From: Candidatus Aminicenantes bacterium
GTDB taxonomy: Bacteria > Acidobacteriota > Aminicenantia > Aminicenantales > Saccharicenantaceae
Assembly (NCBI GenBank): GCA_022867105.1
Contig: JALHVH010000047.1
Coordinates: forward strand, 1-31,321
DNA: 31,321 nt
Direction: 5' to 3'
Shown: positions 1 through 9,196 of the stretch, one piece after another
Layout of the letters: each line of letters opens with the position of its first letter
Numbering within the stretch: the stretch's first letter is position 1
The notes under the pieces: model-generated
What the model was told of the DNA's origin: nothing
Databases searched by the model: none
The model's input: the letters and a program-made list of their open reading frames with translations, nothing else
Position numbers and translations under genes: made by a program

Positions 1-1
1 C

Positions 2-301
2 AATTCCGCCGAAGGCCGGCAAAAAATTCTATCGGAAAAGCCGGATCTGATTCTCCTCGATATCATGATGGACAGCCTTTTTGACGGCTTTTCTCTATGC
101 CACGCCATCAAAACGTCCCCCGAATACGCGGACGTCAAGAGCACGCCGATCATTCTCGTCTCCGCCGTCAAGGAAATTGCCGGCTCCGGATTTCAGTTCA
201 AGAGAGATGAGCAGGGCATGATCGGTCCGGATGATTACCTCGACAAGCCCGTCAAGCCGGCCGTGCTCCTGGCCAGGATCGAAAAACTCCTGAAAAAATA
301 G
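2..301 (+). CDS. Response regulator receiver-domain protein (5'-truncated by window edge)
   Basis: The frame is open from position 2: NSAEGRQKILSEKPDLILLDIMM...IILVSA...DDYLDKPVKP. It has the phospho-acceptor Asp (LLDIMM) and the conserved KP motif. The ORF-track start at 65 is internal. Confidence 0.85.
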   Translation, partial: NSAEGRQKILSEKPDLILLDIMMDSLFDGFSLCHAIKTSPEYADVKSTPIILVSAVKEIAGSGFQFKRDEQGMIGPDDYLDKPVKPAVLLARIEKLLKK

Positions 302-356
302 AGAGCTTACTGCAAAAAAATTCATTTTGGACTAAAATAATGTATTAGGCTTTTCC

Positions 357-1454
357 ATGATGCAACAAAAACCCCTGGTGCTTATCATCGACGATGAAGA
401 GGCGATAAGGGACTCCTGCACCCAAATCCTTCTCAAAAGCGGCTTCCGCGCGGAGACGGCTGAAGACGGGGCCGTAGGCCTTGAAAAAATCAAGGAACTC
501 GGACCGGATCTGGTTCTTGTCGATCTGAAAATGCCGGGAATTAGCGGGTTTGATGTCCTGGAGCGCTTGAAAGCCATCGACCCGAATGTCATTCCCATCG
601 TCATCACCGGTTATGCGACCGTCGATTCCGCCGTGGAAGCCATGAAAAAGGGAGCTTATGACTTTCTGCCCAAGCCGTTCAGCCCCGAGGAACTGCGGAT
701 CATCATCCGCCGGGCTCATGAGCGACGAATGCTCATCCTTGAAGCCGAGGCCCTGCGGATAGAGAAGAAACTCCTAGAAGAGAATTTCATCACAATGGTT
801 TCCCATCAGCTCCGGAGCCCGCTCGTGGCTGTTCAACAATATTTCGAAGTCATCCTGGCCGGGATCATGGGGCCGATCGATGGGCACCTCAAGGAGATGA
901 TCCTCAAGGCCCGGGACCGGCTGGACGGGCTTCTCAGCTTGATCAACGACTGGCTGGATCTTGCCCGCCTCAACAAGGGGCAGATCGTCGATAAATTCAA
1001 GCCCCTGGACATCCAAAAGGTCTTAGAGAACTTCTTGGAATTCATGCGGCCGCTCGCCGAGGAGTTCGGAGTGACGCTGGAATTGAATCGGGTGCCGGGG
1101 TCTGTCCTTGTTTTGGGAGACGAACAAACCCTGGAACAAGTTTTTACGAACCTGATCAGCAATGCCATCAAATACAACAAACCCCAAGGCCGCGTCCGGG
1201 TCAGCCTTAAGGAAGACGCCGAATCCGTCTCTGTGGCCGTTGAAGATACCGGAATCGGAATAGCCAAAGAACACGTGCCGTTCATCTTTGACCAGTTTTA
1301 TCAGGTCCACCGCGGCGAAGAGAAAAAAATGAAGGGAACCGGACTCGGATTATCCATCGTCCAAAAGATCGTCGAAGCCCATAACGGCACCATCGGCGTC
1401 ACGAGCGAGCCGGGCTTAGGAAGCACGTTCACCGTCCGGCTTCCGCGGCCTTGA
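357..1454 (+). CDS. Hybrid response regulator / sensor histidine kinase (REC-HisKA-HATPase_c), no transmembrane segment
   Basis: The N-terminal receiver shows IIDDE, DLKMPG and KPF. The kinase part shows H-box VSHQLRSPL, N-box NLISNAIKY, G1 DTGIGI, F-box IFDQF and G2 GTGLGLSIV. Confidence 0.92.
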   Translation: MMQQKPLVLIIDDEEAIRDSCTQILLKSGFRAETAEDGAVGLEKIKELGPDLVLVDLKMPGISGFDVLERLKAIDPNVIPIVITGYATVDSAVEAMKKGAYDFLPKPFSPEELRIIIRRAHERRMLILEAEALRIEKKLLEENFITMVSHQLRSPLVAVQQYFEVILAGIMGPIDGHLKEMILKARDRLDGLLSLINDWLDLARLNKGQIVDKFKPLDIQKVLENFLEFMRPLAEEFGVTLELNRVPGSVLVLGDEQTLEQVFTNLISNAIKYNKPQGRVRVSLKEDAESVSVAVEDTGIGIAKEHVPFIFDQFYQVHRGEEKKMKGTGLGLSIVQKIVEAHNGTIGVTSEPGLGSTFTVRLPRP

Positions 1455-1484
1455 GGGCAAAACCACAATCCATGAAAACCCTCT

Positions 1485-2384
1485 CTACTTTGGGTCATAT
1501 TCGACATCCCCGGTCACGATTCTTTTTTGCTGTCCGTCCTCCGTCTTCAAAATTAGACCCCCGTCCGAGTCGATATCAACAGCAATGCCCGCCCATGTCT
1601 CTCCGGAGGAAGTCACTCTGACCGGCCTCCCCTTAATTTGGGCCCGGTCTCTCCACGCCTTCAGAATAGGGGGGGCCCCCTCTTTCAAAAATATTTCATA
1701 CCAAGCTTCCAGTCTCCGTAACAGAACCTGAAAGAAACCCTTTCTCGAAACCGCCCTTCCCATCTCTTTCTTTAAAGAGGTCGCGACTTTCCGGATCTCT
1801 TTGGAAAACAACTTCCCGTCCATATTGAGGTTGACGCCAATGCCTAAGATGACAAAATGGACTCGGCCCATCCCGGAATGAATCTCATTGAGAAGCCCGG
1901 CCACCTTTCGACCTCTCAGGAGAATATCATTGGGCCATTTGATCAAAGGAAGGAGGCCGGATATCTCCTGAACGGCATCTGCTGTCGCGACCGCCGCCAT
2001 CAGGGTGAGGAGAGAGGCCTGATGGGGAGGGATCTTCGGGCGAAGAATGACGGAGAGATAGAGGTTTAAAGAAGGCGGGGAGTACCAGGGCCTTCCCAAC
2101 CTCCCTCTTCCCTTTTCCTGTGATTCTGCGACCACCACCTCCCCTTCCTCGGCACCATGGAGGGCTAACTGATAGGCCTTCGAATTCGTCGAATCAATCG
2201 TCTGAAAGTGGTGAATCGTCCTTCCCATCCATTCCGTCGTAAGAAGGGGTTTGATTTCCGACGGGGTGAGCAGATCTTGGGAAAGATCCAAACGGGATCC
2301 CGTTTGCGTTGAGGCTTCAATCTCATAGCCCGAGCTTTTCAGGCGCTTATCTCTTTGACTCACAGCCGTTCGACTTGTTTTCAA
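1485..2384 (-). CDS. birA: Biotin--[acetyl-CoA-carboxylase] ligase with truncated/degenerate N-terminal wHTH
   Basis: TIDSTN, GRGRLG biotin loop, KWPND, KVAGLL and a C-terminal SH3-like domain. TTG start with a GAGGAGG RBS, and an in-frame stop just upstream. Confidence 0.92.
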   Translation of the reverse strand: MKTSRTAVSQRDKRLKSSGYEIEASTQTGSRLDLSQDLLTPSEIKPLLTTEWMGRTIHHFQTIDSTNSKAYQLALHGAEEGEVVVAESQEKGRGRLGRPWYSPPSLNLYLSVILRPKIPPHQASLLTLMAAVATADAVQEISGLLPLIKWPNDILLRGRKVAGLLNEIHSGMGRVHFVILGIGVNLNMDGKLFSKEIRKVATSLKKEMGRAVSRKGFFQVLLRRLEAWYEIFLKEGAPPILKAWRDRAQIKGRPVRVTSSGETWAGIAVDIDSDGGLILKTEDGQQKRIVTGDVEYDPK

Positions 2385-2450
2385 TCGACGATGACCCTCC
2401 TCTCGTCAAGGCCAACGCGGCCTTTTCATGAAACAGAAGCTAGGAAGCCC

Positions 2451-3287
2451 TCAAAGCGCAACGACTTCTTGCAGGACGCAGTGACCCTTTTCATCCATTT
2501 TCACGCGGGCCGCGGGGATGTCCGGATCGTGTTCGAAGACAACGATCCAATGATAGGCGACTGCCCGGTTCAGAAAATCCTCTTTCTCCTCGAGCAGCGT
2601 CCCGGCCGAGATATCGTAGCCCATCGAATACGAGAGCGGAAGATGATGAGAGGTTGGGACAAGATCGGCGGGAAAGACGACGGACTCGGCGCCGTTTTTG
2701 ACTTCAAGCCATTGCTGGCCACGGGTATGACCGTTGACTTGATGCACCCAAAGGCCGGGATAAATCTCCTGTGAGCCGTGCGTCAACACGAGTTTTGCCC
2801 GTTCGAGAATAAAAACATTCTCCTTTAGGTAACTGGCGCGCTCGCGCGGATTGGGATTTTTGGCATTTTCATAATTATCGGCTTGGAGATACACCCGGGC
2901 CAGGGGATAACAGAGCTCAAGGTCCGTTTGGCTTCCCGGTTGATATCGGGAAATCCCGCCCGCATGGTCAAAATGAAGGTGTGTCAAAACAATGTCCGTT
3001 ATGGCGTCGAAATTGAAACCGGTTTCCTGATAAGAGAAATTCTGAAAGGCGTATATCCGGCGGAGTCTATCCGGCCATTTGTCGCCGTTGCCGACATCGG
3101 CCATGAAGATTCTCTCGCCGGCATCAATGAGCAGCGACCGGGTGGCGATCCGGATGCAGTTTTCAGGATCCGCGGGAATCCGGCGCGACCAAATGTTTTT
3201 TGGGACCGTCCCAAACATCGCCCCCCCGTCCAGCCGGAAAAAGCCGTGGTTATAAACGGAAATCTTAAATCGGCCGAAGGTCATCAC
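2451..3287 (-). CDS. Metallo-beta-lactamase-fold hydrolase (YtnP-like)
   Basis: LDGGAMFG..P, the HLHFDH metal-binding motif, GHT, FPADLVP and FEHDP. The start is GTG 3287 or ATG 3284. Confidence 0.85.
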   Translation of the reverse strand: MMTFGRFKISVYNHGFFRLDGGAMFGTVPKNIWSRRIPADPENCIRIATRSLLIDAGERIFMADVGNGDKWPDRLRRIYAFQNFSYQETGFNFDAITDIVLTHLHFDHAGGISRYQPGSQTDLELCYPLARVYLQADNYENAKNPNPRERASYLKENVFILERAKLVLTHGSQEIYPGLWVHQVNGHTRGQQWLEVKNGAESVVFPADLVPTSHHLPLSYSMGYDISAGTLLEEKEDFLNRAVAYHWIVVFEHDPDIPAARVKMDEKGHCVLQEVVAL

Positions 3288-3424
3288 CTGAATTCTTTCT
3301 CCGCTCTCTCTCGCGGTAGTTTAGCACATCTTCGGCGCCCGGTCGAGGCGATGGATGAGGCACAAGGTTCTCTTCCATCCTCACCCCAACCAAAATGGAA
3401 AAGAACCGAAGAAAAATAATGGGC

Positions 3425-3453
3425 TTGCGCGTTGAGCCAAAATTCTGTATTTT
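3425..3453 (+). promoter_or_regulatory. Putative sigma70 promoter for the acetyl-CoA hydrolase/transferase gene
   Basis: TTGCGC (3425-3430), 17-nt spacer, TATTTT (3448-3453). Sequence match only. Confidence 0.3.
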
Positions 3454-3505
3454 CTAATTGTTATCATATGAATTCATTCCACGTCATCATCTCAGGAGGA
3501 ACCAC

Positions 3506-4924
3506 ATGACTTATCAACCCCCGGTCATTAAACTCGATCAGTTGGCGGACGTCATCTCCAAGGAATTCAGGCATAAGGACACGATCACTTGTTATATCGG
3601 TTCTAATGCCGCGACGCCGACGGCTTCGCTGGAATCCCTGACGGCCGCCGTCAAGGCCGGCAGCCCCACACTGCCTTTTATCAAGATGGTTCATCTCCTG
3701 CTCCAGGGGCCCGTGCCTTACGTGGAAAAAGGACTCCAGGATCGCATCATGACCTATTCCCTTTTTTCCACGGGCGACGTGCGAAAGGCCGCCAACGAGG
3801 GACGGGCTTTTTATTTGCCGTGTACGCTGGCCAATCTTGACAGTCTGATCGGCAAAGACCGGGAGTATGAGCCGGACGTTGCCATCTTCAAAGTTCGTCC
3901 CCATGAAATCACGAAGGAATTCAGTCTGGGATTGTCCGTCGAAGTCCTGCACACGGCCATCGATCATGCCAAATGCGTTATTGCTGAGCTGGATTTCAGC
4001 ATGCCTTTCACTCAAGGTCAAAGCATCGTCGGCCCCCAATCCATTGATTACCTCATTGACGACGACGACGTGAAATGCGTCTACAATTGTCCCGCGCCCG
4101 ATTTTGACAATCTTTCCCCTGAAGAGCGGAGAATCGGTGAATTGATCACGGAACATTTTATTCGCGATGGAGTGACGTTGCAGGTTGGTATCGGGCAAAT
4201 CCCGGACGCCGTGGTGGGGACCATCAAAGGGGCGAATTATAAAGACCTCGGCATCCAGACGGAGCTTTATGGGGACGGTCTGATGCATCTGCAGAAGGCC
4301 GACATCGTGACGAATCGAAAGAAAAAGCAACATATGGGATACAGCACGACCTCCCTCATTATGGGCTCGACAGAACTGTATGAATTCGTGCATATGCGCG
4401 CGGGAATCCAGATGCGTCCCTGCACCGTCACCAACTCGGCCGAAGTCATCCGGAGGAACAGTCCCTTCGTCTCCATCAATACGGCCATGGGAGTCGATCT
4501 CTTCGGCAATGTCTGGGCCGATTATATTGATGCTCGTCGATATTACAGCGGCGTCGGCGGTCAGCCGGATTTTGTCCGCGCCTTGAATAATCCTGTCTAC
4601 GGCGTCCCCATAATTGCCTTTCGAAGCCTTACCGATAAAGGTCATTCAAAAATCGTCAAGGTCCATCCTCCCGGCGTGAGTTTGACAGCCTCGGCTTATG
4701 ATGGAGTGGTCATTGTGAGCGAATACGGTATTGCCGACCTTCGGGGACTCACCGCCGGTGAGAAAGCGCTTGCCATCGCCAGCATTGCCCATCCCCGGTA
4801 TCGCGATCAGTACCTCAAGGCCATCTATGACGATCCCCTGTTCACGAAGCCCATCGGTTCTTCCCTGGGCAAAACTCCCCGCGGAGTAACCATGTACCAG
4901 GGGAATATCAAGCTGGACGCGTAG
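3506..4924 (+). CDS. Acetyl-CoA hydrolase/transferase family protein (4-hydroxybutyrate/butyrate CoA-transferase-like)
   Basis: LQVGIGQIPDAV, GIQTELYGDG (catalytic Glu retained), GVGGQPDF and SEYGIADLRG. The start is placed at ATG 3506 behind AGGAGGA. Confidence 0.85.
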   Translation: MTYQPPVIKLDQLADVISKEFRHKDTITCYIGSNAATPTASLESLTAAVKAGSPTLPFIKMVHLLLQGPVPYVEKGLQDRIMTYSLFSTGDVRKAANEGRAFYLPCTLANLDSLIGKDREYEPDVAIFKVRPHEITKEFSLGLSVEVLHTAIDHAKCVIAELDFSMPFTQGQSIVGPQSIDYLIDDDDVKCVYNCPAPDFDNLSPEERRIGELITEHFIRDGVTLQVGIGQIPDAVVGTIKGANYKDLGIQTELYGDGLMHLQKADIVTNRKKKQHMGYSTTSLIMGSTELYEFVHMRAGIQMRPCTVTNSAEVIRRNSPFVSINTAMGVDLFGNVWADYIDARRYYSGVGGQPDFVRALNNPVYGVPIIAFRSLTDKGHSKIVKVHPPGVSLTASAYDGVVIVSEYGIADLRGLTAGEKALAIASIAHPRYRDQYLKAIYDDPLFTKPIGSSLGKTPRGVTMYQGNIKLDA

Positions 4925-4965
4925 GCTTCACAGGCATCATTTCCATTCAGCGAGAGCGACCGGCC

Positions 4966-5736
4966 CTATCTCAAAAAGATTCTCTCCGGATCAACTTCCT
5001 CGCGGAGAATGCGTAATTCTTGTTGGGTCGGCGGCGCTGTCTTGGCGGCGTCCTCGATATCCAGGGTGAAGCCGGTCGCCTCAGCGACGGCCTGAGGAGT
5101 CACGTCCGGGTGGTAACTGGCCAAATAGATGGCTTTCGTATCCGGACGGAAGCGCATCACGCCCATGGTGGTGACCACGACGCTCGGCCCGCCTCGGCCA
5201 AGACCGGACATTTGACGGCTGTTTCCGCCTTCAAGCCATCCGGGGCTGGTGATGTAGTCCACCTTTTCCGGGAAGCGTCGTTTTTCGTGCTTGGCGATGA
5301 TAATGGTTCGGCTGGCGAGGCAGGCGATGTCGCAGGCACCGCCGCTCCCGGAGAAACGCACGGTCGGATGGCGGTGATCGGATCCAATCGAAGTGCTGTT
5401 GATGTTTCCGAAGCGATCCACCTGCGCTCCGCTTAAAAAGCCGACATCGACCCGTCCTGCCTGCAGCACGAAGGTGAAGACCTCAAGGAGTCCGGCGGCG
5501 GTGGCCGCCCCGCGCATCGCGCGTGGATCCCCGACCGACATCGGAAGATGGGCGAGTTGACTGGCCATCGTCCCCGCCTCAAAAATGACGATGCCATTGG
5601 GAGCATGAGTGCGCTGGGCCAGCATCACGCCGAGCATGGGCAGGCCGGTGCCGGCGAAAACCACCTCGCCATCCACGATCTCGCGGGCGGCGACGACCGC
5701 CATCAGTTCTGTCAAAGTATATTCGGGGATTGCCAT
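4966..5736 (-). CDS. gctB: Family I CoA-transferase beta subunit, glutaconate CoA-transferase (GctB)-like
   Basis: GTGLP, IFEAG (Glu at the GctB catalytic position), GAQVDRFGNINST, GSGGA, HEKRRF and VDYITSPGW. GGAGGAG RBS. Confidence 0.85.
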   Translation of the reverse strand: MAIPEYTLTELMAVVAAREIVDGEVVFAGTGLPMLGVMLAQRTHAPNGIVIFEAGTMASQLAHLPMSVGDPRAMRGAATAAGLLEVFTFVLQAGRVDVGFLSGAQVDRFGNINSTSIGSDHRHPTVRFSGSGGACDIACLASRTIIIAKHEKRRFPEKVDYITSPGWLEGGNSRQMSGLGRGGPSVVVTTMGVMRFRPDTKAIYLASYHPDVTPQAVAEATGFTLDIEDAAKTAPPTQQELRILREEVDPERIFLR

Positions 5737-5738
5737 GG

Positions 5739-6704
5739 CTACAATCTCCTCCGCTTCAGGTTGGGGCTATAACCATAGGCCGGCGACGCTTTCAATGTTT
5801 TGAGCCGCGCCTGGCCGCCCACCGCTTCCAGGTATTCGTTGTGATCCTTGACGCCGCAGACATACTTTTCCAGGTAATCCTGGAAACTTGCGTCATCGTG
5901 CACGCCTTCGTGGTACTCTTTCAATTGGAGAGGATCATAATCATAGTAGTTGTAAACGGCATAAGGGTGGGCCCCAAAGGGGACATGGCAGACGTGTTTC
6001 ACGGTGAAGAATGGGATCGGGTTGCGTTCCGGTTCGCGGCGCAGCATGTCCTCATCAACAAGCTCTTCGGCGGTCACGATCACGGTATCGGCGCACAGGG
6101 CCTGCTGAATATCGGCGAAGGTCTGACCCTCGATCCGCACCATGCCGTTGGCCGTTGCCTTCTGGACATGCAGCACGGCGAAATCGGTGTGGATCGCTGG
6201 AACCAATACGACCTGCTCCCGGCCATCGAAGGGCGAGGTCATCACATGCAGTTTCTTTGGCGAGGTGCGCGGATCGGCCTTCCGCTGCTCAGGCCCAAGG
6301 GCCTCTTTGCGCAGCACGTCGCTCCCGAGCAGGCTGCGAACGGGCATAAAGGGAATTCCCATGGCGCCTGCGGTGAAGCGTGCCACCATCGTGAAGTTGC
6401 TGTAATCCTCCCACTCGATCTCGCCCCGTTCCACGGCCTGCCGCCAGCGGGGCCCAACCGTGTTGAAAGCCTCATCAGCTTCGTAGGCCAGTTCGACCCG
6501 CTTCACGCAACCCGCCCCAATGAGAATGTCCCAATCCCCTCCGGGTGAATGTCCAAACAGATAAAGACTGCGTCTTTTCAGGCGGATCAGTTCATAGACA
6601 AAGGCCATGGGATGACGCTGGGTGGTGAAACCGCCGAAGGAAATCGTTGCGCCATGAGGAACCAAAGCGGCCGCCGCGTGAAGGTCCATCATTTTGCCGG
6701 TCAT
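5739..6704 (-). CDS. gctA: Family I CoA-transferase alpha subunit, glutaconate CoA-transferase (GctA)-like
   Basis: ISFGGF..RHPMA, EDYSN, AGAMGIPFMPV and PFGAHP. AAAGGAGG RBS; lies 2 bp from the beta subunit. Confidence 0.85.
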   Translation of the reverse strand: MTGKMMDLHAAAALVPHGATISFGGFTTQRHPMAFVYELIRLKRRSLYLFGHSPGGDWDILIGAGCVKRVELAYEADEAFNTVGPRWRQAVERGEIEWEDYSNFTMVARFTAGAMGIPFMPVRSLLGSDVLRKEALGPEQRKADPRTSPKKLHVMTSPFDGREQVVLVPAIHTDFAVLHVQKATANGMVRIEGQTFADIQQALCADTVIVTAEELVDEDMLRREPERNPIPFFTVKHVCHVPFGAHPYAVYNYYDYDPLQLKEYHEGVHDDASFQDYLEKYVCGVKDHNEYLEAVGGQARLKTLKASPAYGYSPNLKRRRL

Positions 6705-6739
6705 GAAATTCCTCCTTTGCCAAACCGGCTTATCGCCAT

Positions 6740-6768
6740 AATCTATATCAACTTCACCCTGAAATCAA
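6740..6768 (-). promoter_or_regulatory. Putative sigma70 promoter for gctAB
   Basis: On the minus strand: TTGATT (6768-6763), 17-nt spacer, TAGATT (6745-6740). Confidence 0.4.
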
Positions 6769-6897
6769 CGTGATGAAAGTTCAGGAGTTCCCCCAGGGAC
6801 GCTCTTCCGCTAAAGAAATCTGCGATCCGGAGAAAACTTGACTTTAGGTTCAAATTATGGAATGATACTTTCCCATTTTAATATTAATACAAGTCCT

Positions 6898-6927
6898 TTG
6901 TTATTTGCTATTTAGCGCATTTATAAT
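6898..6927 (+). promoter_or_regulatory. Putative sigma70 promoter for the HMGCS-thiolase-MCC operon
   Basis: TTGTTA (6898-6903), 18-nt spacer, perfect TATAAT (6922-6927), in an AT-rich divergent intergenic region. Confidence 0.5.
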
Positions 6928-6973
6928 TCGTCCGCGCGAAAATCTATTTCTGCCGCGAAAGGAGGTCTGATCA

Positions 6974-8020
6974 ATGGCTGGAATCATCGGCTATGGGGCC
7001 TACATCCCGCGAAACCGGATCAAAGTCGAGGAGATCGCCAAAGTCTGGGGAGCGGACGCGCCGAGCTATAAAAAAGGGCTCATGCTCGAAGAGAAATCCG
7101 TGCCCTCTCCCGATCAGGATACGATCACCATGGCGGTGGAGGCTTCGAAGCGCGCCTTGAAGAGGGCGGGCATCGACCCCAAGGAGATCGGCGCCGTTTA
7201 TGTCGGCTCGGAATCCCATCCCTATGCCGTGAAACCGAGCGGCACGGTGCTCGCGGAAGCGCTTGACGCCACGCCCGAAGTCCATACGGCGGATTTCGAA
7301 TTCGCCTGTAAGGCCGGGACCGAGGCGATGTTCGTGGCCCTGAGCCTGGTCCAGGCGGGCGCGATCAAATTCGGCCTGGCCGTCGGAGCCGACACGTCGC
7401 AGGGTGCGCCCGGCGACGCGCTCGAATATTCGGCCGCTGCCGGTGCCGCCGCTTTCATTTTCGGCAAGGACCCCATCGTCGCCGAAGCGCTCGATACTTT
7501 TTCCTTCACCACGGACATGCCGGATTTCTGGCGCCGCGAATACCAGTATTATCCCCAACACGGAGGCCGGTTCACGGGCGACCCCGCCTACTTCAAGCAC
7601 ATTATGGGCGCGGCCGAGGGCATCATGGCCAAGGCCAAGATGAAGCCTTCCGATTTCCAATACGTGATCTTCCACCAGCCCAACGGCAAATTCCCGTTCC
7701 GGGTGGGTGAGATGCTGGGATTTGAGAAAAAACAGATCGAACCGGGCTGGCTGGTTCCCAAACTGGGAAATACGTACTCCGGATCATCCCCGCTCGGCCT
7801 GACGGCGACGCTGGATATCTCCAAGCCCGGAGACATGATCCTGATCGTCTCCTACGGGTCGGGAGCCGGCAGCGATGCCTTCATCTTCAGGGTGACGAAG
7901 CGGATTGATGAAGTGAGGGACTTGGCTCCCAAGACAAGAACCCTTCTGGACACCAACAAGAATTACCTGGAGTACGGCGTTTATGCCAAATACCGCCGTA
8001 AGATCCGGAAGGCAGAATAG
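6974..8020 (+). CDS. mvaS: Hydroxymethylglutaryl-CoA synthase, archaeal type
   Basis: GIIGYGAYIP, GSES(Glu)HPYAVKP, EFACKAGT (catalytic Cys), GGRFTG.PAYF, FHQPNGKF (His), GNTYSG and SYGSGAGSD. About 348 aa. AAAGGAGG RBS. Confidence 0.93.
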   Translation: MAGIIGYGAYIPRNRIKVEEIAKVWGADAPSYKKGLMLEEKSVPSPDQDTITMAVEASKRALKRAGIDPKEIGAVYVGSESHPYAVKPSGTVLAEALDATPEVHTADFEFACKAGTEAMFVALSLVQAGAIKFGLAVGADTSQGAPGDALEYSAAAGAAAFIFGKDPIVAEALDTFSFTTDMPDFWRREYQYYPQHGGRFTGDPAYFKHIMGAAEGIMAKAKMKPSDFQYVIFHQPNGKFPFRVGEMLGFEKKQIEPGWLVPKLGNTYSGSSPLGLTATLDISKPGDMILIVSYGSGAGSDAFIFRVTKRIDEVRDLAPKTRTLLDTNKNYLEYGVYAKYRRKIRKAE

Positions 8021-8029
8021 GAGGCGGCG

Positions 8030-9184
8030 ATGAGAAACGTAGCTGTCATCGGTGTCGGCATGACCAAATGGGGCGAACTCTGGGAGAAATCCCTGAGGGA
8101 TATCTTTGTTGAGACGGCCCTCCTGGCGATCGAGGACGCCGGCGTGGACCGGATTGACTCGATGTATGTCGGCTGCATGTCCTCGGGTCTTTTCATTGGC
8201 CAGGAGCATTTGGCATCCCTCTTGCCCGACTATCTCGGCAGGAATCCCGTTCCGGCAGTGCGCGTGGAGTCCGCCTGCTCGTCGGGCGGCCTGGCCCTCC
8301 GGCAGGGATTCATCGATGTGGCCTCGGGGATGAGCGATATCGTGCTCGTCGGCGGCGTCGAAAAGATGACCGACGTCAACGGTCACGAAGCCACATACGC
8401 ATTGGGCACGGCAGCCGACCAGGAATATGAAAGCTATCACGGCCTGACGTTTCCGGGGCTCTATGCCATGATGGCCCATGCCCACATGGCGAAATACGGC
8501 ACGACACGGGAGCAGTTGGCCATGGTGGCCGTCAAGAACCATGACAACGGCTCGAAGAACCCTCTGGCCCAATTTCCCTTTAAGATCACCGTGGAAGGCG
8601 TCTTGGGCTCCGTTCTCGTCGCCGATCCGCTGCGGGTCCTGGATTGCTCTCCCATCACGGACGGAGCGGCGGCCGTCATCCTCTGTCCCTCGGACATGGC
8701 CAAGCGGATGAAAAAGCCTGCGGTAAGAATCGCGGGAAGCGGCCAGGCCACGGACACCATCGCCCTCAGTTCGAGAAAGGACATCACCTGGATTGAATCC
8801 ACCCACATCGCCGCCCAAAAAGCCCTGGCGATGGCCGGCCGGAAAGTCGAGGATATCGACCTCTTCGAGGTCCACGACTGTTTCACTATAGCCGAAATCA
8901 TGGTCTCGGAGGCGCTGGGCATCGTCGAGAGGGGACAGGGCGGAAAGGCCGTCCAGGAAGGGCTGACGTCGCTCCAGGGAAAATTCCCGGTCAACCCCAG
9001 CGGCGGTTTGAAAGCCAAGGGCCATCCGGTCGGCGCGACCGGTGTCGCCCAGGCCGTCGAGGTCGTCAAGCAGCTCCGCGGAGAAGCGGGGGCGAGGCAG
9101 GTCGGGGGCGCGAAACTCGGGCTGACCCAGAACATGGGCGGCACGGGGGGAAGCTCGGTCGTCCACATCTTCGAGGCGGAGTGA
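8030..9184 (+). CDS. Acetyl-CoA acetyltransferase (archaeal/SCP2-type thiolase)
   Basis: VESACSSGG (catalytic Cys), [34 protein letters not shown] and NMGGTG. Confidence 0.9.
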   Translation: MRNVAVIGVGMTKWGELWEKSLRDIFVETALLAIEDAGVDRIDSMYVGCMSSGLFIGQEHLASLLPDYLGRNPVPAVRVESACSSGGLALRQGFIDVASGMSDIVLVGGVEKMTDVNGHEATYALGTAADQEYESYHGLTFPGLYAMMAHAHMAKYGTTREQLAMVAVKNHDNGSKNPLAQFPFKITVEGVLGSVLVADPLRVLDCSPITDGAAAVILCPSDMAKRMKKPAVRIAGSGQATDTIALSSRKDITWIESTHIAAQKALAMAGRKVEDIDLFEVHDCFTIAEIMVSEALGIVERGQGGKAVQEGLTSLQGKFPVNPSGGLKAKGHPVGATGVAQAVEVVKQLRGEAGARQVGGAKLGLTQNMGGTGGSSVVHIFEAE

Positions 9185-9196
9185 GAGGAGGACAAG

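Noticed and set aside
4966-6704. Calling the GctAB-like pair AibA/AibB (methylglutaconyl-CoA decarboxylase)
   Set aside because: The beta subunit retains the catalytic Glu typical of true CoA-transferases, and a biotin-dependent carboxylase for that step is already present.
6820-6860. GGTTCAAAT as a tRNA T-loop
   Set aside because: No cloverleaf stems could be built around it.
7784-9166. Long antisense ORFs (also 3464-4645, 5730-6548, 9579-10379, 12156-13031, 26082-27512)
   Set aside because: These are mirror frames of strongly supported genes with no independent domain signal or RBS.
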